In this document: positions 25,441 to 37,865 of the stretch, piece after piece
Layout: each line of letters starts with the position of its first letter
How positions within the stretch are numbered: position 1 is the first letter of the stretch
Assembly: GCF_006345805.1 (NCBI RefSeq)
Contig: NC_043015.1
Span: forward strand, 40,300,001-40,364,000
DNA: 64,000 nt
From: Octopus sinensis
Lineage: Eukaryota
Direction of reading: 5' to 3'
Notes under the pieces: model-generated
Databases searched by the model: none
What the model saw: the letters and a program-made list of their open reading frames with translations, nothing else
What the model was told of the DNA's origin: nothing
Translations under genes and position numbers: made by a program

Positions 25441-27293
25441 TTATAGTTGTGTGTTGTAAGCTTGTTTCCTCACAATGCCACATGTCTCTGCTAAAGAATA
25501 TGGCATTATATTTTCATTATATATGTTTTGTGTGTGTGTGTGACTGCATTTCTAGTTATATATGTTAATCTAATCTCCAAGTTTGACCTCCTTTTCTCTG
25601 TTTTTCTGCTAAAATTACTTCAGGAATTTGAAACTTTACACTTTAGAAACAAAAGTTTAAAATTATTATTGTTGTTGTTGTTGTTGATGTCGTTGTTATT
25701 CCCCGTTTTGTAAAAAAAAATTTCAGAAACTCCACCCTAAATTATACGCCGTGCTTTAATCTAAGCACCATACGTACACGGTTTATGCACAATGCATGCT
25801 GCACATAATCTGCGCACCTAGAACCTGCATCCATTCCTTTGTCTACAAACCATTGTTGCTGACTTTGTCAATTATTGACAAATTCAAGAAATAACCACAA
25901 AATTTCTCTCTCTGCTGTTGCAAAACATAACCACAGGCACTGGGTTTGTTGTTACATAACAACAATGCTTTAGGGCGGCGAGCTGGCAGAGTCGTTAGCA
26001 CACCGGACGAAATGCTTAGTGGTATTTCGCCCGTCACTAAGTTCTGAGTTCAAATTCTGCCGAGGTCAACTTTGCCTTTCATCTTTTCAGGGTTGATAAA
26101 TTGAGTACCAGTAAAACACTGGGGTCGATGTAATCGACTTATCCCCTCCCCACAAATTTCAGGCCTTGTGCCTTTAGCAGAAAGGATTACAACAATGCTT
26201 TTGGTAGGACAACATAGAAAGGCAGACAGACTGACAGGCCAGCTGACAGACGAACAGACAGACAGACAGACAGGCAGGCAAGCAGGCAGACAGTATTCTT
26301 TTCTGCTCTAGGCACAAGGCCCGAAATTTTGGGGGAGGGGGCCAGTTAATTAGATCGATCCCCAGCATGCAATTGGTACATAATTTATTGACCCTGTAAA
26401 GATGAAAGGCAAAGTCAACCTTGGCTGAATTTGAACTCAGAACATAGCGGCAGACGGAATACCTATTTCTTTACTACCCACATGGGACTAAACACAGAGA
26501 GGACAAACAAGGACAGACAAAGGGATTAAGTCGATTACAGTGCGTAACTGGTACTTATTTAATCGACCCCGAAAGGATGAAAGGCGAAGTCGAACTCGGC
26601 AGAATTTGAACTCCGAACGTAGCGGCAGACGAAATACCGCTAAGCATTTCACTCAGCATGCTAATGTTCCTGCCAGCTCACCACCTCAGGTAGACAGTAT
26701 TGGGAGTTCTTCAATGCACCTCTAACACAAGACCATTTTGATGCCAACCATTTCTCTTTGACAGACAATCTAGGCTGCTTCAAACCATCTTAACTCTTTA
26801 GTATTTAAACTGGTCATATCCTGTTCAAACTAACCAGATCTGACCTCTCACACCTACCCTACAATGTCAGTCTAAAAATAAACAATCACATCACTGAAAT
26901 CTCAAAGCAGGTTATGCAGGATTGATCGAAAACAATGTGAGGTTATGCAGGATTGATGGGTGTGCTGTCCTGGATGTGTGTGTGTGTGTGTGTTTACCAT
27001 TTTAAAACAAAGGACTGGGTTATGTTATTTTCCATCAAAAAATGAACTTAACCATTCAATAGGTAGAGATCAATAAATCAATACCAAACTGGCATTGTTC
27101 TGATTGACTGAAATCCCTCGATGCTGATGCTCCAGCATGGTCACGTTTCAATTACCGAAACCATAGAATAATCATACATTGCACTTCTGGTTGTTCTATG
27201 GCATTTGTTCTTGTTGTCACTGTTGTTGTCATTACAGATGGTGCTGCCCCCTCAATATATTACCTGAGTGTCTTTGATTTTTCTTATTTTCAG

Positions 27294-27458
27294 AGAAATG
27301 GTTCCTCCGATAAGAAGTGGAATGGTATGATAGGGGAGCTGGTGTCTGGAGAAGCAGACATGATCATGGCACCCCTCACTATTAACCCAGAGAGAGCTCA
27401 ACACATAGATTTTTCAAAGCCTTTCAAATATCAAGGCCTCACCATTCTAGTAAAAAAG
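27294..27458 (+). CDS. GRIN1: GluN1 coding exon 10 ([16 protein letters not shown]...PLTINPERA...[13 protein letters not shown]), 165 nt
   Basis: tttcag|, |gtaaga, phase 0-0; glycine-binding PLT...R motif. Confidence 0.97.
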
Positions 27459-28322
27459 GTAAGAGAACCGTTTGTCTGAGAGAGAGAGAACTGTTTCCTG
27501 GTAGTCTAAATAGGGAGTCATATATCTGTTAGATCTTATAAATTAGGGATCATATTATACCTGCTAGATCTATTAAAGTCGGATAACTATTGGACCTTAT
27601 ACATATAGGGGCTGTATTATACCTGACAGACCTTACATATTGTGTTCATTTCATTCCTGTCAGATATCATTTACAGGGGTTATTTTATACTTAGGGGTTA
27701 CATACATAGGGGTCACATCATATCTCCAGATCTACTGAAGTCATATATCTTATAAACTTCATACCTTGACCAAATTACCTGGCCACTGTCAGGTAAATCG
27801 GTACCTGACCAAATTACCTGATTGCCAATCTAGTGTGAAGTTTTGACAAGGAATTGAGCCCTGATCCTTTAAAGTAGAATTTATATTTAATGTAGTTGTG
27901 ATACCTGACGGGCGGCATGTGAAAGGCACCATCCGAACGTGGTCGATGGCAGTGCCGCCTTGACTGGCTTCCATGCAGGTGGCATGTAAAATGCACCAAC
28001 CGATCATGGCCATTGCCAGCCTCCCCTGGCACCTGTGCTGGTGGCATGTAAAAAGCACCATCTGAACATGGCTGATGCCAGCGCCGCCTTGACTGGCTTC
28101 TGTGCCGGTGGCACGTAAAAAGCACCAACCGATCGAAGCCGTTGCCAGCCTCCCCTGGCATGTAAAAAGCACCCACTACACTCACGGAGTGGTTGGCATT
28201 AGGAAGGGCATCCAGCTGTAGAAACTCTGCCAGATCAAACTGGAGCCTGGTGCAGCGTCCTGGCTTCCCAGACCCCGGTCAAACTGTCCATCCCATGCTA
28301 GCATGGAAAATGGACGTTAAAC

Positions 28323-28353
<31 letters not shown>

Positions 28354-28756
28354 CCAATGTTAGTGTTCTCATGTTCCTCAATCAGTGCAATGAGACCATC
28401 ATTCATCTTGAAGGATGACTGATGACTTATGCGGTGACATTGTTTAACATGAATAAAGAGTTATGTACGGTCAACCCTACTTTCTTGTCCATGACCACCT
28501 TCAGTCCAGTGGCAAGACCAGGTTAAGATGACCGGGGATGGAAACTGTTGACCAAGATGTCTTACTAGCCTCATCCTGCTCTTTGCACTCCCCAATGCAT
28601 TGCTGCAGCTTATCCCCTGCCCCCATTGAGACGTGAAGAGCTCTTCAACGGAGTCAACCGGATCCAGTGTTCACAATTAGAGTTAGAACCAGTATTAAGG
28701 AAGGATAGGAAAATATTAGATTTATAATCCTTAAAATTCACTTCATTATTGCCCAT

Positions 28757-29027
28757 GGGTATATGGTGTAGTGGTTAAGAGCGCGGGCTACTAACCCCAA
28801 GATTCCGAGTTCGATTCCAGGCAGTGGCCTGAATAATAATAATAGTAATAATAACATCAAAAAATACCTTAGGAATGAGAACCCAGGTTCGAAATTTCCC
28901 CAAGACACCTGAAGAAGGCTGGAGGGTATACCAGCCGAAACGTTGTGTTAACAACAAACAAGATTAAGAGAAATACCCGTCAAATGTAAATAATGTAGAC
29001 AATTCCTCATCTCTTAAATACAGAACT
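28757..29027 (+). mobile_element. tRNA-headed, hammerhead-carrying short element (SINE/retrozyme-like), copy 1
   Basis: A box TGGTGTAGTGG, anticodon-like arm GGGCTACTAACCC, B box GAGTTCGATTCC, (AAT)n linker, then a ~170-nt module containing the HHR. Confidence 0.75.
28904..28949 (+). ncRNA. Minimal type I hammerhead ribozyme (palindromic stem III AACGUU, GUU triplet), core intact
   Basis: GACAC CTGAAGA A GGCTGG agggtata CCAGCC GAAA CGTT GTGTT. Stem I GACAC/GUGUU, perfect 6-bp stem II. Confidence 0.75.
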
Positions 29028-30421
29028 AAACTCTGTCGTTATTAAGTTGGTGTCTGGAACTTAGACTAAAGCGAAATTTTGATGGAAAGTTTTAAGTTAG
29101 ATCACTTTAACCCTTCTGAAGAAATACATTGCCTTTTGTTGCAATTAATTTTTGAAATAATGAAGAATTTAGTAAAAGAAGTCTGTCATTATTAAGCTGG
29201 TGGAACATAAATTAACATAAATTAGCATAAATTAACATGAAGTTTTGATATAAAGTTTTAATTTAGATTACATCAAAACAGGAAGTTTGTGACATAGAAG
29301 CGGGACCAGCTTCAGGCTGGTTGGTGGAGAGGCATGGAAATCAAAACCCCTCGATTCTTCCTTTGGTCTATGAATTTGACACTTCACGCTTCAGTGATTA
29401 ATTCTTTCTTTTTTCGTTGCTGAAGGAAGAAAAAAAAGAAAACACCAACAAGAACAGGAGAGAGAAAATTCTTATCGTGAATTCTTGTAAATGGAAAAAC
29501 TACCCTCGGAAACCTAAAAGTTGTGTGTCTGTGTGGTGTAAGGGTGAGGTAGGAGGTTACATCCCTTCACTCGAGGGTGAAGTCATCCAGAAAATTTCCT
29601 CCTCTTCCCACCACCAACCACCACCTCCTCCTCCTCTCTAGTTTTTCTGTGAGAAACTCATGAAGATTGGAAAAAACTTTGTAGGAGAAGTTTTTGTTTT
29701 TGTTGTTGTTTATGTAAAAAACAGCTTCCCTTGCATTTCACTGGGTCAAGGCTGCAGTTGGTGGTGGACTCCCAGCACTCCCAACCCAAGGGTACACAAC
29801 ATTGGCGGGGTGGCGGGTTTGAGAATCTGGAAATATTTTTTTTGCAGGATGGGACTTTAAGGAGTGGTTTAAGGGTACTTACTCTCATGTGAAAGAAAGA
29901 GAGAAGGATGTAGTTGTTATTGTTTAACGCAGGGTCAACTTGTATCGAATGACATTCCATCCTGTGACCATTCCATCATATTTGGTTTCCTAGACACAGT
30001 GTACCTCGGACTATATTATGTAATGTGTTTCAGGATGTTTGTTTTTGGTTTTTTTTTGTTTTCTAAAGATAGTAGGGTGTGATTTGAGAGAAAGTTGGCT
30101 GCTATTTCTAGCTGGTGGAGTGGCCATATTGAGAAGGGGAAGGGGTATGGGTGTTTGTGTGAGAGAAAGGGAGAATGAGTGGTAGTATGATGATACAAGG
30201 AGGGATGGAAAGAGCATGAGTAGGAGTATAAAAAGGATGGAAGGGAGGAGGAAACACGGATGAGATTCTGTGTGTGTGTGTGTAAGGGTTGTTAACTTTG
30301 ATTTTGAACCCATGAAAATTGGAAAAGGAGGAGGAAAAACTAAGGTACAGTGTGTGAGAGGAGGTGATAGGAAGAGGAAGTAAACAAGTGGGAGGAGGAG
30401 GGGGAGGAGATGCAGGAAGGA

Positions 30422-30636
30422 TATTGAAGTTGGGTGGGGGGAGGGTAAGAAAAAGGATGATGGTGAAAGGGAAGAGGGGAAGTAATTAAAAATTGGTCAA
30501 ACCCCCCACCCCACCCCAAATATCCTCCGTTAAGATATCGCAAAGGATATCACATAATATCACTTTATGATATTTCTTGCCAACATCCCATATGTTCTTC
30601 GCAATCATAACTTCCTGTTTCACTACCATGTGGCAT
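30422..30636 (+). repeat. Left arm of a local inverted duplication (partner 31927-32143)
   Basis: ~215 nt, roughly 90% identical to the reverse complement of 31927-32143; no other copy seen in the window. Confidence 0.85.
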
Positions 30637-31926
30637 CTCACATGAGCACATTATCACTGCTCCATGTCTTTGCAGTCATGTGGCACCACACCTCATCCAC
30701 ACAGTCCCTGCTCTGTCTGACCATCACATGACATTGCACAACACAAGCTCACTGCTCTGTGTTTCACCACCATGTAGCATCAAACACCAACACAAGATCA
30801 CAAACATGTAGGGGGTGGATAGCATGGGTGCAGAGTACAGTAAACTGGATCATGCCTCTACATGGCTGGTATGGATTTTATTGCCCCAGGAGGCAGTACT
30901 GTAGCATGGGCAGAGCCAGAGCCATAGGGGTGGTTGCCCTTGAGTACAAAATTCTTAAGAGTACAAGAATTTCAAAAGATAGATAAAGTAGTAATAATAA
31001 ATAAATAAAAAAACAGTGGAGCCTTGCCACAGAACTTGTCTTGACCAGGAGAATGACCATTCACACTAGACTGTTTCTAGGAAGAATGGAAATGAAAGTT
31101 ACTTTCGGCAGGATTGAAACTACGAACACAAGAAGACAGCATTATATACTTCCTGGTATTGAGTCCATCACTTTACCATTGTCGCAAGACTCGAAACTAA
31201 GTTATCTGATTATGAATTTTACGTCATGGCTGAGTTAAGGCCCCAGTCAGCAGCCGGACTTTACTTGACAGATCGTTCTAGATCCTTCTGGAAGGTGGTG
31301 AGCTGGCAGAATCGTTAGCACGATGTACAAAAGGCTTAGTGGTATTTTGTCTGCTGCTATGTTCTGAGTTCAAATTCTGCTGATGCTGACTTTGCCTTTC
31401 ATCCTTTCGGGGTCTATGAAATAAGTACCAGTGAAATACTGGGGTCGGTATAATCGACTAGTCCTCTCCCCCCCAAAAATTTCAGGCCTTGTGCCTTTAG
31501 TAGAAAGGATTCTAGATCCTTCTGGAATGTCTTGTTTCAGAGTTTATAAATCGGCTCATTTTGAGCGCCAACTTTGCAGAGTGTTTTTAGATGAATGAGC
31601 GAAAAGACATTTCCTCTCATACGGACCATATTTTTGCAGGAACCTGCTCTTCATTCGCTTCCTGTTATTAAACAGTCGTTCTTATGTTTATTACTTGACC
31701 TTATGGACAATGGTTAACATTTTTGCAGACATTCCACTATAGTTTTACGACATGAGGCCCAGCATGATGTCTTTCCCTGTCTTGGCAAGCTTAAGTAAAG
31801 AACTTTTTGTAATCAACCATCTAGGAATTCTACAGAATTATTGTTTCAATTGTGTTGACTTGTTGTTGAAAGGTTCTAATTCCTGACCAACCCGAAAATG
31901 ACTTGTGCAGTGAAGTAAAAGTTATC

Positions 31927-32143
31927 ATGCTACATGGTAGTGAAACAGGAAGTTATGATTGTGAAGAACATGTCGGATGTTGCCAAGAAATATCATAAAG
32001 TGATATTGTGTGATATCCTTTGTGATATCTTAATGGAGGATTTTTTTTTGGTGGTGGTGGTGGGGGTCATCAATTTTTAATTACTTCCCCTCTTCCCTTT
32101 CATTATCACCCTTTTTCTTACCCTCCCCCACCCAACTTCAATA
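31927..32143 (-). repeat. Right arm of a local inverted duplication (partner 30422-30636)
   Basis: As above. Confidence 0.85.
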
Positions 32144-32325
32144 ACGACCACATGATGTTGCTACATTATTTACATGCAGCCTCACCTCCAGATACCATTT
32201 CTGACACCATCTTTGCTAAATTGAGATGTCACGTTCCGGTGTCATATCGAGGTGTCACATTAACATGCCACACTAGGGGCTACACAATGTGGAGACACAC
32301 TGCAGTGCCACTCTGAGATACCACA

Positions 32326-32556
32326 TTAATCCTTTCGTTACCAACCCGACTGAAACCGGCTCTGGCTCTGTAGTACAAATGTCTTGTTTCCATAAGTTTT
32401 GAATTAAAATCTTCCACCAAACCTTAGTCACAATTTATGTTCCTAACACTAGCTGAATGACAACTAAGTTATTTTACTAAATTATTTTGTTATATTTAAA
32501 ATTAATTGAAAGAAATACAGAACATCTCAAAATAAATACAGTAACGAAAGGGTTAA
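32326..32556. mobile_element. piggyBac-like MITE (TTAA-flanked, CCCTTT...AAAGGG termini)
   Basis: ttaa tcctttcgttac ... gtaacgaaaggg ttaa. Confidence 0.7.
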
Positions 32557-32759
32557 TACCACAACAAACTACTAGAGATAATTTATCACATGATAATAGG
32601 GGCTAGTTTATCAGTCAGTTGGTCAGTTGGTTCAGAAACAGTGGCCGTCAATCAGTTTTTACATATAGACCTCTTTGATTGCTATTTCGCTCGAGTGGAC
32701 CCTTATAGTCATTTGAGGTTTAAAAACTCATCTATTAATTAAATATTATTACGAATTGT

Positions 32760-32976
32760 TTAACCCTTTCGTTACTAACCCAGCTGACTCTGTAGTACAA
32801 ATGTTTTGTTTTCATAAGTTTTGAATTAAAATCTTCCACCAAACCTTAGTCACAATTTATGTTTGTAACACTAGCTGAATGACAACTAAGTTATTTTACT
32901 AAATTCTTTGTTATATTTAAAGTAATTGAAAGAAACACAGAGCATCTCAAAATAAATAGAGTAACAAAAGGGTTAA
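32760..32976. mobile_element. piggyBac-like MITE, same family; third copy ~40660-40892
   Basis: ttaa ccctttcgttac ... gtaacaaaaggg ttaa. Confidence 0.75.
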
Positions 32977-33081
32977 GGCGTCACATTGTTGTGCCATACT
33001 GAAATCTCACCCTGTGGTGCCTCGATGCCGATTCCAGTCTGTTTTTTGGTTACATTTTTGCTTCTTTCGTTTCTTTTTCAG

Positions 33082-33316
33082 ACAAGAAAAGACTCGAGTT
33101 TGGCGTCATTCCTGCAACCATTTCAAGACACGTTATGGATCTTAGTAGGATTGTCGGTGCATGTTGTGGCACTGGTTCTTTATCTCCTAGACAGGTTCAG
33201 CCCATTTGGCCGATTCAAACTGGCCAAAAGTGATGACACGGAGGAAGATGCTTTGAATCTGTCCAGTGCCATGTGGTTCGCTTGGGGTGTTTTACTCAAC
33301 AGTGGAATTGGAGAAG
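33082..33316 (+). CDS. GRIN1: GluN1 coding exon 11 (M1, M2 pore loop; [14 protein letters not shown]...[14 protein letters not shown]), 235 nt
   Basis: tttcag|, |gtaaca, phase 0-1; pore N-site Asn in LLNSG. Confidence 0.97.
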
Positions 33317-33339
33317 GTAACAACAGCAGCAGCAGCTGA

Positions 33340-33695
33340 TGGTTTTTTTTTATTATCATTCATTGATGCTGTCATCAATATTATTATTCTTGCCATTGTT
33401 ATCACCATTCTTCTCACTATCATCATCATCATCATCATTGTTATCTTTAATGTTATCATCATCCATTTGTTTATCAACATTGATATTTGTATTGCCATCA
33501 ATCACCATCATCATCATCACCATCGTCATCATCACTATCATCATCACCATCATCATCATCACATCATCATCATCATCATCATTGTTATCTTTAATGTTAT
33601 CATCATCCATTTGTTTATCAACATTGATATTTGTATTGCCATCAATCACCATCATCATCACCATCATCATCATAACCACTATCACCATTATCATC

Positions 33696-33732
<37 letters not shown>

Positions 33733-33823
33733 CCATCATCATCATTATCATCTTCATCATCATCATCATCATCATCACCATCATCATCACCACCACCATC
33801 ATCGTCATTATCATCTTCATCAT

Positions 33824-33856
<33 letters not shown>

Positions 33857-34070
33857 CACCATCGTCATCATCACTATCATCATCACCATCATCACCATCG
33901 TCATCATCATCATCATCATCACATCATCATCATCATCATCACCATCATTATTATTATTGTCTTCTTCATCCTCATCCTTATCACCATTGCCGTTGTCGCC
34001 TTCCTCCTTGATCCCTGCCATCATCAACATCACCATCATCATCATCACCATCATCAATATTATTGTTGTC
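33340..34070. repeat. (CAT)n-rich tract with a 144-bp-period internal duplication; similar tracts at ~37680-38100, 48530-49030, 57460-57870
   Basis: gttatctttaatg anchors at 33440 and 33584. Confidence 0.9.
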
Positions 34071-34777
34071 GTCTCACCCTGATATTCAATAAACTCCTTC
34101 TCTGACCAAGGCACTCACTTGGTGGTTGCCTCACCTGCTAGAAATAATACCCACATCTCCCTCAAAATCACACCCTGCTGTCCAGAATGTCTTTGTAGTT
34201 AAGGAATTCCCTTTCCAATTCTGAAGTATTAAGTTCATTTCCATTGCATGGCACAAGATACAACAGGGTTCAAGAATCAAACTTACAACCTCACAATTGT
34301 AAGCTTCACACTCTAACCACTGAGCCATGCACCTTCACTTGTATATATATATATATATTCGATTTTCGATCAAAATCGAAATCGATCAACATCAATGGAA
34401 ATTGCAGCTGTGATACCAGTGCCGGTGGTACGTAAGAAAACCATCTGAACGTGGCCATTGCCAGCGTCGCCTATACTGGCCTTGTGCCGGTGGCATGTAA
34501 AAAGCACCATCCGATCCTGGTCATTGCCAGCCTCGCCTGGCCCCCATGCTGGTGACACGTAAAAAGCACCATCCAATCGTGGCTGTTTGCCAGCCTCGTC
34601 TGGCACCTCGTGCCCACTACACTCACGGAGTGGTTGGCGTTAGGAAGGGTATCCAGCCGTAGAAACATTGCCAGATCAGACTGGGCCTGGTGCAGCCTTC
34701 TGGCTTCCCACACCCCAGTTGCACCGTCCAACCCATGCTAGCATGGAAAGTGGACATTAAACGATGATGATGATAAT

Positions 34778-35200
34778 ATATATAAGAGATAATGGTGTCA
34801 TTGAGACCCAAAGGTGTCAGGTAATGCTGAATAAGTGCTATAGACAGACCATAGTTAAGTTCCAGATTCAGTAATATTGCGAATAAAGGGTTCAACGTTG
34901 GTTCTATGTCAGCGTGTGTATATAAGAATTTTTTGCGTAATAAGATAAACAACCAAGGCTGTGTAGATATTAGAGCATTTATAGATAGAAGGTCTTACAG
35001 CTGTTTCTAGGATATTAATTGATAATATCCCTTCATCAGAGACGGTGTGAGAGGATAGTTAAGTCAAGTCATAATTAAATCATCTAAACTAATTATTAAT
35101 TAATATCCTAGAAACAGCTGTAAGACCTTCTATCTATAAATGCTCTAACATCTATACAGCCTTGGTTTTTTATCTTATTACACAAAAAATTCTCATATAT
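34778..35200 (-). mobile_element. HHR-initiated ~280-nt element with a partial inverted copy (35098-35200); its 3' portion recurs at 8318-8480 (+)
   Basis: Arms 34915-35020 and 35098-35200 are reverse complements; the body acgctgacatagaacc...gacacctttgggtctcaatga is shared with 8318-8480. Confidence 0.7.
34992..35043 (-). ncRNA. Minimal hammerhead-like motif (palindromic stem III ACAGCUGU, GUA triplet), variant core
   Basis: Minus strand reads GTCT CTGATGA A GGGATATT atcaatt AATATCCT A GAAA CAGCTGT A AGAC. Stem I GUCU/AGAC, 8-bp stem II, extra A on each side of stem II. Confidence 0.6.
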
Positions 35201-36407
35201 ATATATACACACACACACACAACTATACATATATATGTGTGTGTCTGTGTATCTATATATGTATAGATAGATAGATGGACAGATAGATGGATGGTTAGAT
35301 AGACAGACAGACTGATAGATATAACACACATATAAATACATATATATGAGTGTGTGTATAAAGAATTTTTTTTTTACCCTAAAACAATTTTGCTACAATT
35401 ATAGCCCCAAGAGAGAACATGTGGTTCTAACAAATAAAGAATTGTGATTCTGACCTAGTTGGGTTTCACCAACTTCGGTAGCATCAGAACCACACATGTT
35501 CTTTTAATCATGATGTTCATTCTTTAGTCAATATCCCAAATATATCATGTGGTCTTGGAATGCATTTTTGCCAATTAGTGTGAAAGTAAAATTAATACAG
35601 CAGATCAGATAATTTCTATTAAATTCTGACTGTCAAACACAAATTTGCTTTTGTAGAAGGATATATATATATATGATATGTAATTATTTTTTAATCAAAG
35701 CCGAAGGAGACTTCAAGTCCAAAGAGGATTCTATGCCAGTTAAAAATAACTTTGGAACAAAATATTTTTAGTCTACAGATTTAATATTTTAGCCAAAAAC
35801 TCTCCAAATTAATGAAAGCATATACATACATACACACATACATACATACAAGCATACATACATACATATATACATAATACATGCATGCATACATACATAC
35901 ATACATACATACATACGTCCAAAATACATACATACATTCATGCATGCATACATACATACATACATACAAGCATACATACATACATATATGCATACATGCA
36001 TGCATACATACATACATACATACACACATACATATATACATACATATATACATACATACATACATACATATATACACACACATACATACACATACATACA
36101 TACATACATACATACATAAATGCATACATATGTACATACATACATACATCCATCCATCATCATCGTCATCGTTTAATACCCACCTTCCATGCTGGCATGG
36201 ATTGGACAGTTTGACTGGAGCTGGTCAGGCAGAAGGCTACACCAGGCTTCTGTGTTCATTTTGGTATGGTTTTTACGGCTAGATGCCCTTCCCAACATCA
36301 ACCACCCCATATAGCCATGGGTTGGACCACACCATTCCCAGCTGACACAATGGTGTGGTCTAACCCATGCCGGCATGGAAAGCCAACATTAAATGATGAT
36401 GATGATG

Positions 36408-36448
<41 letters not shown>

Positions 36449-36699
36449 TACATATACACCTGTGAAGGCGCATGGCTTAGTGGTTTGTATAGATAGCTTT
36501 GGTTGACCCATCGTCAACCCAGGGCAATAACAGAAGACACTTGCACAAAATCCCACACAGTGGGACTGAACCTGAAACTCTGTGGTTACAAACCAAACCT
36601 CTTAACCACACAGCTACAACTACACCTGTTAAATGTCTCCATTGTTTTTTCCTTCAAATCTTCTCCCTTTTTTATCGTATTTTCCTCTTTTCACCTCAG

Positions 36700-36848
36700 G
36701 TACACCCCGCAGTTTTAGTGCCCGTGTTCTAGGAATGGTCTGGGCAGGTTTTGCAATGATAATCGTAGCCTCTTACACCGCAAACTTGGCTGCATTCCTC
36801 GTATTAGACCGACCTGAAGCTTCTATTTCTGGAATTGACGATCCTCGT
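36700..36848 (+). CDS. GRIN1: GluN1 coding exon 12 (M3; [15 protein letters not shown]...[26 protein letters not shown]), 149 nt
   Basis: cctcag|, |gtaagt, phase 1-0; SYTANLAAF gate motif. Confidence 0.97.
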
Positions 36849-37833
36849 GTAAGTAACCGTTTTGGTTTTGTTCTGCAGTAATTGGTGAGTTGTGAAACCA
36901 TACGGGGGATTAAAGGATTAACTCTGAAGATGACTGGAGACACACTAATCCATCGACGTGGCTCTGCATGCTGTATGTGTCTGTGTGTGTGTCTCTGTGT
37001 GTGTGCATGTGTCTGTGTGTATGTGTGTGTGTATGTGTGTGTGTGCATGTGAGTGTGTGTGTGTGTGTTTATTTCTCTGCTTCAATGTTTATGTGTGTGT
37101 GTGTTTGCATGTATGTATGTGTGCATATGTATGTGTATGTGTGTGTGTGTGTATGTGTTAGTGTATATATGTGTATGCATGTGTGTGTATGTGTGTATAT
37201 GTGTTAGTGTTTATATGCATGTGTGTGAATATATGTTAGTGTTTATGTGTGTGTGTGTGTGTTTATGTGCATGATGTGTGTGTGAGAGTGTGTGCATGTG
37301 TGTGCATGTATGTATGTGTGTATATGTGTTAGTGTTTATATGTGTGTGTGTGTGTGTGTATGTCTGCATGTATGTGTGTGCATGTATGTATGTGTGTATA
37401 TGTGTTAGTGTGTGTGTGTGTGTCTCATGTCTGGCAGAAGCAACTGTAAATTACAGTTTTTGTGCTCAAAACTGTCGTCTTGTTACCATGGAAATAAGAA
37501 AAAGATGGGGGGGAAATGGTCATGAGGGTGGGGGGAGTGGAAAGGAAACTTGTGTTTCTTTAATTTCAAGACTGTCCAAGGAGAAGAGGAAGATGGAGAC
37601 AGGGAGAGGAGGGAGAAGTGGGGGGAGAGAGGTTTGAGAATAGCAAGAAGATAGTTTTGTAATAATTCTTCATGGCTGGCCATCATGCCATCATCATCAT
37701 CATCATCATCGTCACCCTTGGCATTGCCACTATCTTTATCATCTGCATTATCATCATCATCATCGCCATCATCGTCATCATCATCATTATCGTCTTTATC
37801 ACCACTATCAAGACCATCGTCACCATCATCGTC

Positions 37834-37865
<32 letters not shown>

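Noticed and set aside
28757-28830. Functional tRNA genes in SINE heads
   Set aside because: The acceptor stem and cloverleaf are incomplete, and the heads are followed by SINE bodies.
33266-34114. Long His/Ile/Met/Ser-rich ORFs here and at ~37672-38190, 48488-49017, 57422-58026, 61530-62629
   Set aside because: Translations of trinucleotide and pentanucleotide microsatellites.
35425-35505. Minus-strand CTGATG…GAAA…GTC motif
   Set aside because: A9 is missing and the core bases pair in a simple long hairpin, so it is an ordinary inverted repeat.
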